Assembly (NCBI GenBank): GCA_044892525.1 | Contig: CM097885.1 | Coordinates: forward strand, 104,346,001 to 104,410,000 | DNA: 64,000 nucleotides | From: Schmidtea polychroa | Lineage: Eukaryota | Direction of reading: 5' to 3' | In this document: positions 49,326 through 64,000 of the stretch, in pieces | Layout: each line of letters opens with the position of its first letter | Numbering within the stretch: the first letter of the stretch is position 1 | Position numbers and translations under genes: made by a program | Notes under the pieces: generated by a model | The model's database searches: none | What the model saw: the letters and a program-made list of their open reading frames with translations, nothing else | Told to the model about the DNA's origin: nothing

Positions 49326-49789
49326 TTTTTGTGAATTTCAATACATAATAAATCAGGTGAAAGGATTTATTTGTCGTTGATAGTTTATTTTGCTACTACT
49401 TTTGCAAATTCAGTAAAACGGGTTGATATATTAGAAGCCAGAAAAAAGAAAAAGAATTCTAATGTGGTGATGAAGAGAGACGAGATTACTACAGTTATAT
49501 GGAAAATTAGAACTCTAAACGCTTGAAAAAAACATGAAATGAAATTAAAAGTAAATTTCATTTTGATAATGACTGTATAGACTACGCGAGCAAGATCTTG
49601 CCATGTAAAAAAATGAATCTACAATAAATTATAATAAAAAATGTAATGCTTTATATCTTTTGACCGCAGAGAAAAAATAATGATTGACTTATTTTGTGAC
49701 GACACATAAAAGCAGACATTTGAACAAGATAATAATAATATTAAAAAAAGAAAACCATAGAAATTATTTTTCCATTTGTGACATTTCTG

Positions 49790-50589
49790 ACTCCTTTGTG
49801 TTCTTTTCAAAATAAATAAACGACCCAACACAAAATCTTTATTTAAGACCGATATAGTTACACTTAAGTTATACTTTTTATTAATTCAAACACACTTGAT
49901 ACAACTCTTTTTGGTCTGCAATTTTCAATAGACTATCAATCTCACGCAAGGATAAATCTTCCAACGGGAGATGTCTCTTTCTGGTACGTTCGATTTAAAT
50001 TATTTATTTGTTACTAACTTTAACGTTTTCTGATCGCTCTCACTGAACTTCTTGTTTTCTTTTTCTTCGACCAATTGGCAATTTTGTTTTCTTGCCAGTC
50101 GCTTTTATACCCATTTATTAATTGATTTTACTTTGACAAATTAGTCTGGATCTAACGTTCCCCAAGCTTCCTCTTGTAGCTCTAATTCGCTTTAAAGGAA
50201 ATTGCCCCTTTTTCTTTGACGGCTCGCTCCAACTTAATTTTATTCGGCTAATTTAATTGCCTTTCCTAATTTGCTGGGTAAGTCAGGTTCTCTCAAATCG
50301 CTCGGGTTTTCTATTGTCTCGGGTTTTCCATTAGCTCGGTTTCTCCATTAGCTCGGGTTTCCCATTACCTTGGGTTCTCCATTAGTTAATTAATTTTTAA
50401 TTAATTTTTCTTTTAATTAATTTATTCCTTCTAGGGACCCCCCATTGATTTTATTTTATTATAGTCCCCCGAAAATATTCATTTTTTTGATTTTTTAATT
50501 AATATTTTGTACTTTAAATTTTTATTATGAATTTGGTGTTTTTATTGATTTTTCACCTCATTTTTGTGCCTCTCCTGTTGACCCCAACA
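49790..50589 (-). mobile_element. Diverged LTR-like copy related to 63181-63858
   Basis: Shares blocks (gataaatcttccaacgggagatgtc; gtcgcttttatacccat; gaatttggtgtttttattgattt) and ends in CCCCAACA; left end unclear. Confidence 0.65.
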
Positions 50590-51299
50590 CATCCTACTTA
50601 TATGAAACTGGCTTTTCTGCTCTAGCAGTTTCAACGATAAACTATCTTATTATTATTTAGTGATTGAAAAGGAAAAATCGGTTTTCAATGTTACCAAAAT
50701 TTGTGAAAATATATTCTGAAAACACTATGGGAAAGTTTTTAGGTGCTCCAAAAATGTAAAAAAATTAATACAAATCAATAAAATTTATGTCGGGAAAAAA
50801 TTGTTCAAAAATGTATATTAGTTCATTTATAAAAAAACAATTAAACAAAAATCTTCTCATGGTGAAATGGCAACCCTTTTATTTTTGAAATTCAAACTAT
50901 CTGATTGAAATTATTTTTTTTTGATAAACAGGATTAAATATTGAACTTTCTAAAGTTTAAACTTGAAATTCACTGATTTCATAATTGTTTCGAATTAAAT
51001 AGAATATTCTGTAGTCTCGATATTGGAGGACTTCGTAGAGTTAAGCTTATTTGTTTTTATAAATATATTAAAAATTTATTTTTACAAAATAATATAATTA
51101 TTTTTTGATGTATAAATAATAAATTCATAAAAAATATGGTAAATTGTTGACTATTAAATAAATTATAATTTAAGAACTTTGTGAAATTTGAAGGACGCCA
51201 AAATTTATTAGGGTAAATGAGGTGAAAAAAACCCAATGAATTGCAAATTGCAATGATAAAATGTTAAAATATGAATTGACAAAAATAAATAGCAAAAAT

Positions 51300-52050
51300 A
51301 AATTTATACGACCAAGCAATTATAAATCAATAAAAATCAAAAATAAATTGATTCAGCCAATGGAAAATATAAATCCATAAAAATTCAAAAATAAATTTGT
51401 TCGACCAATCAAAATCAAAAAGCAATTATAAATCAATAAAAATTCAAAAAATTTCAAAAATAAATTTATTCGACCAATCAAAATTGAAAAGCAATTATAA
51501 ATCAATAAAAATCAAAAATAAATTGATTCAGCCAATGGAAAATATAAATCCATAAAAATTCAATAAATTGCAAAAATAAACTGATTCGGCCAATCAAAAT
51601 TCAAATGTAAATTTATATCACTGAAAATCAGTGAATGGAAATTACAAAATGTATCAGCCAATGAAAAATATAGCGCAAATATAAATCGATAAAACAAAAA
51701 TAAATTGATTCATCAATTCAAAAATACAAATCTCAAAAATAAGTTAATTCGACCAATCAAAATTCAAGTGTAAATATAAATCAACGAATTGAAATGACAA
51801 AATGTAACGACCAATCAAAAATATAACGCAAATGTAAATCGATAAAAAAAATTTCAAAATAAATTAATTCGACCAATCAAAAGTCAAATCGATAAAATAA
51901 AATGTATCAGCCAATCAAAAATATAGCTCAAATATAAATCGATATAAAATCAATAAATTGCAAAAAATAAATCGAATTAATCAATATTCAAATGCAAATA
52001 AGAACCAATGACAATCCAAAGAATTGAAATGATAAAATGTATTGACCAAT
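51300..52050. repeat. Imperfect tandem array rich in (g/a)ccaatcaaaa / cagccaatg motifs
   Basis: More than 12 related units such as ttcgaccaatcaaaa and gattcagccaatggaaaatataaatc. Confidence 0.8.
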
Positions 52051-52061
52051 AATCATCATCA

Positions 52062-55000
52062 TCACGCCTTCACAGGCATCAAACAGTGGTGCAACCTCTG
52101 GACGGTGCCCAGGACAACAGCCTCGAGTTTCTTATCCTGAAAGCACTGAACCGTCTGAAATCGTTGAGATCAAAATGAAAAAATCAATGAAAAATTCCAT
52201 TTTACCAATAATCGGCAATCGATAATTATTTCTTTCTCATCGAATCCAATCTTGATGATATTGGGATTTCCCTGAAATTCTCTCTCGGCAATCGATGCCA
52301 CCCCAAACATGTCCTCCATCGTTGACACGACACACTCTTTGAAATGATTGGCGTTTGATTTGACCAATGGCGACAATCCTAGGTAATAACAAGAACAAAT
52401 CAACGGTAATGGACGATGGAAACAATTCACAACAGGAACCTTGAGTAGGCAATCCTTGCATTTCAGCCTTCATAATGATGCACATTACTGAATCGGCAAA
52501 CATGTCATTGATATGAGACGATTTCCACTGGAATAATGAATCGATATTTTATTAACCGTCAATCAATAGCACTGCACTTTACTTCCACTGTGACAAATCC
52601 CGGTTGCCAGGTAACCTCGATAACTCCGAATACCAGAAATACTTGTCGGTCACCTCGGAGTAGAAGCGGTTCAACGGTACCAGCTACGAGACTCAAATGG
52701 AACTGCAGCAATGAAGGCGGATTTTTGAAGTTTGCTGAGACTTTGTTTCGAATATCAGTGGTGGATAGATCGGTGTAAAGGCGGAGATCATTCGGTGTGA
52801 CGATAATGTAGGAGAAATTGCTTTTCACTAAGATTCCTTTAATGTGCTGATTATTTTCCGGTTTTGTCAATGCAATTTGGCCGACGATTTTTGCCATTTT
52901 TTCACCACGGAATTTATATTGAACTTCTTCCACGTTGGCTGGTGTGGTAATGTCGATTCGGTATGACTCATCGTCCTCGTATTCCCTCTGAAGGGCGGCT
53001 TTCAGTCGGAGCATTTCATTTTTCTCTCCGTGAACCAGCATCTTATCAAGTAATAGAGGAGGATTCATAAAGATTCACTTACAATTGGTGGAGATGAAAT
53101 GATTAAAGAAGAACTTTGATTTCAAGATGATTAATTTTATATACGTAAAATTGGGATTCGGAGGAATTATCTTTATTTTCATTTCTTTTGGATATATTGA
53201 TCAATATATAAACTTAAAAGTAATGAAGATGAAGGATTTTGAAACTAAAAATTTATGAAAAGGATAATTGTAGAATGAGTTCACAAATAGCAGGTAGAGG
53301 AGATAAATGTTCCAAGGCAATTCTGGGTATCGGTAATGATCAAATGGATCAGTGGTATTGATAGGTATTGTATGTATTGGATATATGAATTTTATTTCAA
53401 TGATTTTCAATTATCATTAATTTTCATTATTTATTATTATTGATTCATATTTATAGAATTATTATTAATTTATATTTAATGAATTTTGATATTATTAATT
53501 TATATTTAATGAATTTTGATATTATTAATTTATATTTAATGAATTTTGATATTATTAATTTATATTTATTGAATTTTGATATTATTAATTTATATTTATT
53601 GAATTTTGATATTATTAATTTATATTTATTGAATTTTGATATTATTAATTTATATTTAATGAATTTTGATATTATTAATTTATATTTAATGAATTTTGAT
53701 ATTATTAATTTATATTTATTGAATTTTGATATTTCATATTATTAATTTATATTTATTGAATTTTGATATTTCATATTATTAATTTATATTTATTGAATTT
53801 TGATATTTCATATTATTAATTTATATTTATTGAATTTTGATATTATTAATTTATATTTAATGAATTTTGATATTATTAATTTATATTTAATGAATTTTTA
53901 TATTATTAATTTATATTTATTGAATTTTGATATTATTAATTTATATTTAATGAATTTTGATATTATTAATTTATATTTATTGAATTTTGATATTTGATAT
54001 TATTAATTTATATTTATTGAATTTTCCAAATGTAAAACGTGCTACTTTAAATATATTGTTGGGAAACCTTTGGAGACATGGAGGGTTCAAATTATCCAAG
54101 AAAGAAATATTGCGACAGTGAAAAAAGATTAGAATGAAGAATAAGAAGATTTGGAACTTTCCGGTGAATATTAGAATCTGCATTATTAATTTATATTTAA
54201 TGAATTTTGATATTATTAATTTATATTTATTGAATTTTGATATTTCATATTATTAATTTATATTTATTGAATTTTGATATTTCATATTATTAATTTATAT
54301 TTATTGAATTTTGATATTATTAATTTATATTTAATGAATTTTGATATTATTAATTTATATTTAATGAATTTTGATATTATTAATTTATATTTATTGAATT
54401 TTGATATTATTAATTTATATTTAATGAATTTTGATATTATTAATTTATATTTATTGAATTTTGATATTTCATATTATTAATTTATATTTATTGAATTTTC
54501 CAAATGTAAAACGTGCTACTTTAAATATATTGTTGGGAAACCTTTGGAGACATGGAGGGTTCAAATTATCCAAGAAAGAAATATTGCGACAGTGAAAAAA
54601 GATTAGAATGAAGAATAAGAAGATTTGGAACTTTCCGGTGAATATTAGAATCCTATTTATATGAGCTTTAGGGAGGGAGGTTATGTTGAGTTGTATTCAT
54701 AGGTATTGTTATGTAGATCTCATGATAAACATACCAAATGATTCGGTTTCAATTCCCGAATGAACTCGCTCGTCTGCTGATAATCGGTATGAGCAGAGAA
54801 ACTGATGTAATCTACCGAGCATTTCAACGGAAGCGATTGTCCATTCATAGTCGGAACTTCTGCAGGTGCTGACAATATCTGCTTGGCCAGTGTTCCTTCA
54901 ACACAATATCCAGCGATAATAACTCCATTCCGACTATCACAGCACCAATTTTCAAACAGCTCCCTGCTAAGGCCGGACTGCATCATTCCAGGCGATGCCA

Positions 55001-58000
55001 TCACCACACACGGCTGATTATCATCCAGATCATCAATCGCCCGTAAATTCATTATATGTTTGAACACAAATGGATTTTGATTTGCAGCTTGTTGTTTTTG
55101 AACCCGGTCATTCATGGCATGGATATATGTCTGATAAACACTGATACATTTGCGGGCCAGCTGGCTGGCATAATAGATGGGAATTGAATGCAATTCTGAA
55201 TGTTGGGACCAATATTCATCCAGAATCAACATAAGTTCTTGTGCTCGGCCCAACGCAAACGCAGGAATAAGACAACGACCTCCGCGACTAACAATATTAT
55301 GCACTAGTGTTGTAAATCGTGCTTCACGTTCTTCACGTTTATCGTGTATATGAGTACCATATGTTGCTTCAGTTATGAGAATTTCAGGTTTCTCAGGAGG
55401 AATTTCGGCACTTCTTAAATGTCTGTCTTCTTGTCTACTAAAATCACCGGTATAAAGTACCTAGAATGGTCGTTAGCAATTGTAAGTTATGTAATCAACA
55501 ATCACAGATTAAATTCTTTCCATATAAAAGTGATCGGCAAATATTGGCACAAAGCCAAAATAAATTAAATTTCTATTATAATAATTGATTTTGATTAAAG
55601 TGCAAATATTGATTTTAAGGTGAAATTTTATTTTGCTCCGAGATTTGAGATTTTCAAAAAATCTTTGCTGACTACAACTTTTCAAGATTTTTCTGGCAAA
55701 TTTTTTTTGAGATTTTTATTTATTTTTTTGCTACTTTTTTAGTTATTTTATCAATTACTTAGTTATTTTTTTGAGATTTTCAAAAAAATATTTCAGCAAA
55801 AATAGAGAATGACGTCACCTATATCTTTGCTGACCACAACTTTTCAAAATTATTCTGGTGAAAAATTTTCTTTTTTCAAAGAGAAAAACTTAACTAACAA
55901 AAGAATTCTTGAGATTTTTGGAAATTTTCTTTTTCCAAAATATGAAGAATTACAATCCCTAACTCTTTCCTGACCAGGACTTGTTCGATAATTCATTGGA
56001 AGATGGTCAAAAATACAAAAAGCTAATGATTCGGAGGAAGAGATGTTCAAAATGTAATGCATGTGTTGAAAATTTGTTTTCATGATTTTGTACCTATATT
56101 GACAGGTTTGTATGGAAAGCTTAATTTTTACAAAAACTGTATATAAATTACATATATCTGTGGCATTCCACTTTATGATGCCCATTACTCTAGTTATATA
56201 ATTTTTGATTCGATTTTAGAATTTCTATAAATACGCCAATAATAGCCAAACGGTTCATTTTTACTAAAAATAAACAAAAGGACAAGTCGCGATTATTGAT
56301 GTTCATGATTGTCTCGATTATTGATTTTTAAAAAAATTTATTTTTATTGACTAAAGAGTGCAAATATTAATTTCAAAGTGAAAATTTACATTTTTGTTTA
56401 ATCGCGCTGTAGCTCGGGATTTGAGATTTTCAAAAAAATATTTCGGCAAAAATATAGAGGATGACGTCACCTATATGACCACAACTTTTCAAGATTTTTC
56501 TGGCAAAAGCTTAAATTTTTCAACGAGAAAAATTTGATTAGGAAAATAATCCTTGTTTTTTCTGGAAATTTTCTTGCTCCAAAATATGAAGAGTTACAAT
56601 GTCTAACTCTATGCTGACAACGACTTGTTCGATATTTCATTGGAAGATGGTCAAAAATACAAAAAGGTAATGATTCGGTGGAAGAGATGTTCAAAGACGC
56701 ATATGTTAAAGTCCATAAAAAAAAGGTTTTCGGAATTCATGTGTTGAAAAATGTGTTTATTTAATGTTTTTTTATTATTTATGGAACCTTTTTAACCAAT
56801 GAAATTACTCTAGGTATTTAATTTAATCAACACTTTAGAATTTCTACTAATACAGGAATAATAGACAAACTGTCCATTTTGACTTGAAAATAAAAAAATA
56901 TGATCTTCATCAAACCAAATCGCGATAAATTACTTGTTAACTTAACTAACCTGCACAAAGGTTAAATTCAAAGTGGAGTGGAAATGTTAAGTCGTCTTAG
57001 TGTCATATTACAATTATTATGAGCTCTACTATGTCCTACCCCGTAACAAACACATGTAAAAATCGAATTGATTTGCCCCACTTTTTAAAATAAAATGCTC
57101 AGCTATAATTGGTAATTCCTACTTAAGACTTACTAGCAACTTATTATATCTTAATTTAATCCATTTTAAATATAATTTAATCCATTTCAAATTAAATATA
57201 ATCAATTACCAATTTCCAATTTAATTGCAGAAGAGTTATAGTTGAAAAATTAAAACCATTGCATCAATTATGATAATAAAAAATATTATAAAAAAAATAA
57301 ATTATAATCAATAATAAAAATAATTAATTATAAATAATAATTATTAATAATAGATAATAATAAAAATATATATATTTAATAATCAAAAATATTATAAAAA
57401 TAATAATTCAATATAAATGATAAAAAATAATTATTATTTTATAGTACATTTATATTATAAAAATTATGGCTAATGAATAATAATAATAAAAATGATAAAA
57501 AAATTAATATTTAATAATAATAATAAAATATAAAAATACATAATTATAATAAAAAAATTAAATAATGGCGATAATTAATTATAAATAATAATAAAAAAAT
57601 TTAATATTTAATAATAAATAATTATATTTAATTATTATTAAAATTAATTTAATAATGACAATAATAATTTATAAATAATTAAAAATATAATTATTAATAA
57701 AAATAATAAATTATACTCAATAATAATATTATTTAAAAATTCATAATTATAATTAAAATAATTAATAATAAATATTTAATAATGATAATAATAATTATAA
57801 TAAAATTTAATAACATTATTTAAAAATTCATGATTATAAAATTTAATATTATTTAATAATAATAATAAAATATAAAAATACATAATTATAATTCAAATAA
57901 TTAATAAATATTAAATAATGGCGATAATTAATTATAAAAAATAATAAAAAAATTTAATATTTAATAATAATTTATAAATAATTTAAAATAATAATTATTA

Positions 58001-59289
58001 ATAATAGATAATAATAAAAATATTTAAAAATAATAAATCAATGTAAATGATAAAAAAATAATTATTATTTTATAATACATATTTACAATAAAAATTATTG
58101 TTAATTAATAATAATAATAAAAATTAATATTTTACAATAATAAAATACATAATTATACTAATAAATATTTAATAATGATAATAGTAATTATAATAAAATT
58201 TAATAATATTATTTAAAAATTCATAATTTTAATTAAAATATTTATACTAATAAACATTAATGGCAATATTTAATTAAAAATAATATTTATTAATGATAAT
58301 AAAAAAATTAATATTTAATAATAATTTATAAATAATTTAAAATATAATTATTAATAAAAATAATAAATTATAATAAATAATAATATTATTTAAAAATTCA
58401 TAATTATAATTAAAATAATTAATAATAAATATTAATAATGGCAATAAGTGATTATAAATAATAATTATTAATAATAAATAATCATCACTTAATAATACAT
58501 TATTATAAAATAAAAAATTGACCATTAATTAATAATAGAGAAAATGTAGTGGAAATAATTTATCATAAATTTTAACAAATTAAAAATCATTATCAGTTAA
58601 TTAATAAATTTGATTAATATCTACCTTGACACCAGCGATCTCTATCATGAACATTGCCGCTCCTAAAACGTGCCCTGCGTGATAAGCAGTGAATTTGATC
58701 CCGTTGATTTCCATTTGTTGATGAAAATCGACATTTTCTATTTTGTCGAGACTTTGAATGATATCTCGCTCATTATATATCGAATGAAGGGTTGTTCCAT
58801 TGTTAGTTACACGAATATAATCGGCTAAAATGTAACGATAAATTGCTTTCGTTGCGTGAGTCATAAAACAGCGAGCCTTTGAACCAGTTCTTTGGAGTAA
58901 GTGAGGCAAACCACCACAATGGTCAAGATGAAAACTGGAAACATTATTATCATAAAATAATGTCATGAATAACTACTGTGAAATTAATATCAGATCAGTT
59001 TTCTCAATTTCATCAATGAAATCTAAATATGGCAAACAATTATCTCCTCTAATACCTGGATGAATTCCGCAATCCAACTTGAATAATTAATAGTTTTTTT
59101 AATTTTGAACATAATAATTACTATTATTTTTTTTCCTTTGAATTTCAATAAAATGCATGATCGTCCTACTTCTTGTCCAGCTCCACTAAAATTAAAGAGT
59201 CAATTTGTGTTATAATTAAAATTTTATTACAGTGGAATAATTTTTAATTCGTCACTTTCTTCTTCACAAGTTATATTGTCGATTTCCAT
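52062..59289 (-). CDS. CPSF3: Cleavage and polyadenylation specificity factor 73 kDa endonuclease (multi-exon)
   Basis: ATG 59289; [91 protein letters not shown]; stop ~52062; GT-AG introns read at the junctions. Confidence 0.95.
53461..54520. repeat. 30-bp minisatellite (ATTATTAATTTATATTTA[A/T]TGAATTTTGAT) in a CPSF3 intron, with a duplicated ~170-bp unique block
   Basis: Tandem units explain the spurious [10 protein letters not shown] ORFs; block ~54020-54180 is repeated at ~54495-54650. Confidence 0.9.
55630..56700. repeat. Two diverged copies of a ~300-bp repeat inside the long CPSF3 intron
   Basis: ~55780-56050 and ~56410-56695 share gagaatgacgtcacctata...ttggaagatggtcaaaaatacaaaaag...gagatgttcaaa. 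Confidence 0.7.
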
Positions 59290-60839
59290 TTGAAATACTC
59301 AAATTTTAATCGAATTTGACTATGTTATTTTACATAACACAATATTTAAACAAAATTATGAATTTTACACAATTTCAGATGAATAGAATTTAATCATTTA
59401 TTTTTATCGAAAGGCATTTATTATTTTAAATAAATTTATTAAAAATATAAACGGCTTAACTTTGCACTTTATACCAAGGATAAAATATTATTATTTCAGT
59501 GATATTTATTTATGTTTAAAATTTTAACATCTCAAACGCTATGAACATTTTTTTTAATTTTCCACTTAAGTTACTAATGGAATGAATACAAAACTTATAC
59601 CCCTAAGATCTATATTATAAATGAAGTAATTATGGCATTTATTTCATAATGCAAACAAAAAATTTAAATATTTAAATAAATCAAGCCGACTATTATAAGT
59701 GACAGAAAAGATTTTTTTGACATCTAATATGAATGGAAATTTTTAAAAGTGTCGTCGATTCAAAATTAAGATAGTTATCTTAGCTCATTAGTCAAATCAA
59801 TTTCTTTAATTTTATTTTTAATAGTACGAATACTTTTATTTCAGGACTATATGTTCAATAAAAATAAAATAACTTTAAAGGGATTTTTAATTTTTAATTA
59901 ATTTTTTTTCTTTATGTTACACAACTGATTATGTCGCCTGAAAATTAATTAATTTCTTGCACAAATTAATAAACCGTCACATATTTATATTTTTAGCGCA
60001 ACATTTTAAAATCCTGAAGTCACACAATTTCCAATGTCGAAAAGAGTATTAAAGATATATATTAAAGATAACTTTCAAAGCAAAAGAAAAAATAAACTTA
60101 AGCTAAAAATTTATTATGGAATCGTTAATCACGTTTTCGTACCTATTCGAAAATTGACCGTGGATTTATTCCCACGCTAAGCTGAAATTCAATCAAACGA
60201 AATGATTATGCCATACACTTTAAAAAAACCAGTGATAAGAAATAGAGCGCGACTGAAAATATCAGCAAACAATACATCCAGAGCTAAAAAATTCTCTGGT
60301 GGCCTGTGAACCCTAAGTCCTTTAGTTATTCTAAAAATAAAGATCCTTATTTTTTGACGGCCAGTTTCTTGTTTAATGTCATAATGTCAAGTCATGTTTA
60401 TTTAATCGCGATGAGTCAGAATAGGAAAATTCAAAGTATAAGCCAACAGCCACGAACCTAGTCATTAAAATATATGTACTGGGAGACCGATATCTTTTTT
60501 CTTAAAAAGATATGCATTGGATGAAATTATTTCGTCTCATCTTAACAATCAACAATGCAATACCGGGTAAACGAGATATTTAGAAATATAAACCTTTATT
60601 TTGAATGCATCTCCCTTCCAAGTTAATTTAATAAGGATAAAACACTTTATTTTATTTATAGTTTTTATTGTTCAGGTATAATTCATTATTCTTAATCAAA
60701 ATAAAATAAAAAAAAAACAATTTAATATTTAAATAATTTATATAATTTAACCCACTTAAAAGATTGTTTAAATAAACGCATTTATTTTGAGAATTTTTTT
60801 TAGTCTAATATAATCTTAAATTTAGAAATTCTACTTAAA

Positions 60840-61912
60840 ATGGTCAAGAAATTTTACGTTGTAATAAACGGTATAGAACCAGGAATATATAAAACATGGT
60901 TAATTGCTTCTTGATTATTTTTAAAAAAAAGTATCCTAGGCCAGAATGTAAACGTCAAGTTGAGAATTTTCCCAATGCTAAATTTAAGGGGTTCAATACT
61001 AAAGAAGAGGCAGATGAATATATTAATTTTTCAAATAGTACCTGTGGAGCTATTTCTAAAAGAAAAATTGAAAGTGATGGTAACTCAGTTGCTCCTAAGC
61101 GCGTAAAAATAGATTTATCAACGAATCCTGTTGAATTTCAATTTTGTATATTCTTTATTTGAAATTTGTGAATTGATTTTTCACTAGGTGTTAAATCAGA
61201 GAAAGAAATGTTTATAAATGACAACAAAGTGGATTTATTGCGTGGTATAGTGGTTATTATAAGTGGAGTAAATGATGAAAAATTTAAAATTAGATCCAAT
61301 TGAACAGAATAGAGTTTGTGTATATACCGATGGTTCATGTAGGAAAACAAAAAGTGGATGTATTGCAGGTTATGGAGTTTATTGGGGCAAAAATAGTAAA
61401 TGGTAATGTTGGTAAAACTATAATTTCCACTGATGGATTGCACTAGGAATATTGGTGAAAAATATATTGGAGTTCAGACAAATAACCGTGCAGAAATCGC
61501 TGTATAATTTTCAATCACTGTTGAATTCCGAATAACTTTCTATACAGGCTGTTATCAATGCAGTGGAAACTGCCAGCAAGAACGGTATCGAGAAATTACG
61601 GATAATAACCGATAGCCAATTCACAATTAATTGCATGACGAAGTGGATCGGTAAATGGAAGCGAAACAATTGGTTGACTTCGGGAAATAAGGAAGCTCAA
61701 TGCAGAGATGTGTTGGAGAAATTGGATAATCTTATTCTCAGCACAAAATTGGATATCATTTGGGTTTGTCCAATTTGATATTTGGATTCCTGGTGGTGTG
61801 GAATAACGATTGTGTTTATATTTAGGAACACGTCAATGGCCACTCGGGAAACCCGGGTAATGAAGCGGCTGATAAGCTGGCAAATCTCGGTGCTGATCAA
61901 TGGTTGCAATGA
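60840..61912 (+). CDS. RNASEH1: Ribonuclease H1 (multi-exon)
   Basis: Hybrid-binding domain FYVVINGIEPGIYKTW/PECKRQV..FPNAKFKGF; catalytic VYTDGSC, QTNNRAEI, ITDSQF, W/EHVNGHSGNPGNEAADKLA; 42-60 nt introns. Confidence 0.95.
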
Positions 61913-63180
61913 AGAGCTATTTGAACATTATAATTAATAAATTAAATGACTTATTTTTTCAAATTCAAATAACCTATTTATTGTTACTATGGTTATAAAT
62001 GCCCAAATTAAAAAATTTTAAACCAGTTCACAATTACGAGATTTAATAATAATAAATATAATATTATAAAATTAATAAATCAATAATTATGTAAATGAAT
62101 AATAGATATGATTTCAATTTTGGATTTCTTATAGCTTCCTCTTATTTGTGTTATAAAGCAAAATTCTATTGTGAGAAGTAAATTTTTATTCATTTTTTGT
62201 CTGTTAACATCATGTTACTGCTTTGTCAGTTAGCCTATTTCTAGCGGCTTAAGAGATTAACAACAATTTAAAATAGTTAAATGTAATAAAACTATCAATA
62301 TCAATGTTCCTTAATTTTTTTCCATTATTTGCTATGTCTGTTATTGGGGACAATAAATTGTTTGAAAAAATTAAACGAAAAGCGTCTGCTTGATCCTAAA
62401 TTGTTGTGCTATATGGTAAAATGGTCTTTTTGTTCAAAGCTCTAATAATGTTATATAGAAAACAACATCACAAACTGATCTGAGGACGAGTTTTGTCATT
62501 ACTAAATGTACCTGGTAACTGTTTGCTCTCAGCTGTGGTAAGATTTGACACCTATGATTAGTATCTGTATTAGTTTTCGCCACTACTGTATTTGCTCAGT
62601 CATTCAGCTTCCTATGTTGTAAATTCAGAATAATAACAAACAGAAGTTTGTCCTATGCTAGTTAAAACTTATTTTGATATGGCTCTATTTGATATCTGGT
62701 CGTAACTGCTGCTTTTAGTGATATTTTTGCTAGTGTTTTTTTATTTCTACTTAATACGATATTTTTCATAGTAGAGTACCCAAGTTACGAACAACCAGAG
62801 CAGATATAGTTATTTTACATTTGCAAAATTTTCCCACTTCACCTCCAATATTTTTGGAAGATTATCTCTGGCCTTAGTAAAAAATATTCTTTATCATCCT
62901 AAGACACTGAGATCAAGGATATGGTATAAGTAAAGATAATTTGTTTTTACTTTTATAAATTTTTGGCTATTGCGACTATCTTTCGAATCATGGAAAAATA
63001 TATTTGACCACAATTCACCTGACGAAATTCCAAACCTGCCCAATAATGCAAAATAATTAAAATATTCCATTTTATGCAATTTATTACTTCTACTTCCATC
63101 ATATGGAATATTATGATTATAATTTATTGTCAAAGTTTTATTGCCCTCACTAAAATAATTATTTAATTTACAATCATTTC

Positions 63181-63858
63181 TGTTGGGTATTTTGTGCAAG
63201 TCTCCTTTGAGTTCTTTTTGAAATAAAGTTATAACTAATACAATTACACTTTTATTGATTTAACCATACACACCATTTTTGCTCTGCATTTTTCAATATC
63301 AGGGTAAATCTGAAGTAGGGATAAATCTTCCAACGGGAGATGTCCATTTCTGGTATGCTCGATTTTAAAATATTCAGTTGACACTAAGTTCAAAGTTTTC
63401 TTTGTTCCTCTCGCTAAATTTCTCGCTTACTTTTCTTCCACCAACTGGCAATTCTATTTTCTTGCCGGTCGCTTTTATACCCATATCGTAATTTGATTTC
63501 GCTGTGTTAAATTAGTTCGGATCCAATTTCCCCCAGGCTTCATATTAAATTTGCCAGGCTCCAATTTGATTTTGAGTCGTCATATTAAATTGTCTCTGGT
63601 TCTCCATTAACTAGGGTTTCCCATTAGTTAATTAATTTTAGTTTTTTGTAATTAATTCCTTCTAGGGATGTTCACTGATTTTATTTCATTATAGTTGAAC
63701 TCGTCTCGTTATTCTGCATCCGCTCATACCAGTTTCCAATGGAAAATATTCATTAATAATTTTTTTTTGATTTTTTAATTATTATTTTGTACTTTAATTA
63801 CTATTGCGAATTTGGTGTTTTTATTGATTTTTTGAAGCTCTATTGTCAAACCCCAACA
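63181..63858 (-). mobile_element. Solo LTR, 678 bp
   Basis: TGTTGGG...CCCAACA inverted termini; 4-bp TSD TTTC at 63177-63180 and 63859-63862; TATAAAAG on the minus strand. Confidence 0.8.
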
Positions 63859-64000
63859 TTTCTATTATCGCAATTTTATTGTAAATAACACTAGATTTAC
63901 GGGTAGAATTAGCTGTAAAAATAAGTACAGCAGCTTCCTGTAGCACGACCATCCAGTCATCATCTCCTAGAAAGTGATATTGCTGCATCTTTGTGTTATT

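Noticed and set aside
53440-54480. ORFs with [10 protein letters not shown] repeats
   Set aside because: Translations of a 30-bp intronic minisatellite.
57250-58560. Extremely AT-rich repetitive stretch (also 1430-2230)
   Set aside because: Low-complexity intronic or intergenic sequence; ORFs there are compositional artefacts.

Overview
AT-rich animal genomic DNA with short (about 40-60 nt) GT-AG introns. The PIWI type and intron sizes suggest a flatworm, probably a planarian; this is an inference. The centrepiece is a full-length 16.1-kb Polinton/Maverick (adintovirus-like endogenous virus) at 13001-29088. It has AGTAG...CTACT ends, TIRs of about 1.05-1.1 kb and a perfect 6-bp TSD (GGGCGT), and it is inserted into an old hAT transposase gene. 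It carries the core set: A32-like packaging ATPase, rve integrase with chromodomain, penton, double-jelly-roll major capsid, adenain-like protease, protein-primed PolB and two basic virion proteins. It also has an unusual left-end accessory cassette: a spliced Bcl-2 homologue, a TATA-binding-protein homologue, a possible SSB and two spliced orphans. At least six host-sized introns can be read inside the element, and its TIRs hold an array of AP-1/CRE sites. Penton, MCP and PolB are frameshifted or deleted in this copy. Outside it lie a 78-bp AGTAG-ended mini-element with a 6-bp TSD, a second Polinton-like end, and hAT, piggyBac, TA-flanked, Gypsy, Penelope and DDE_3 remnants. Host genes are GPATCH11, an intronless PIWI, CPSF3 and RNASEH1. 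All calls come from reading motifs by eye; no database searches were run.
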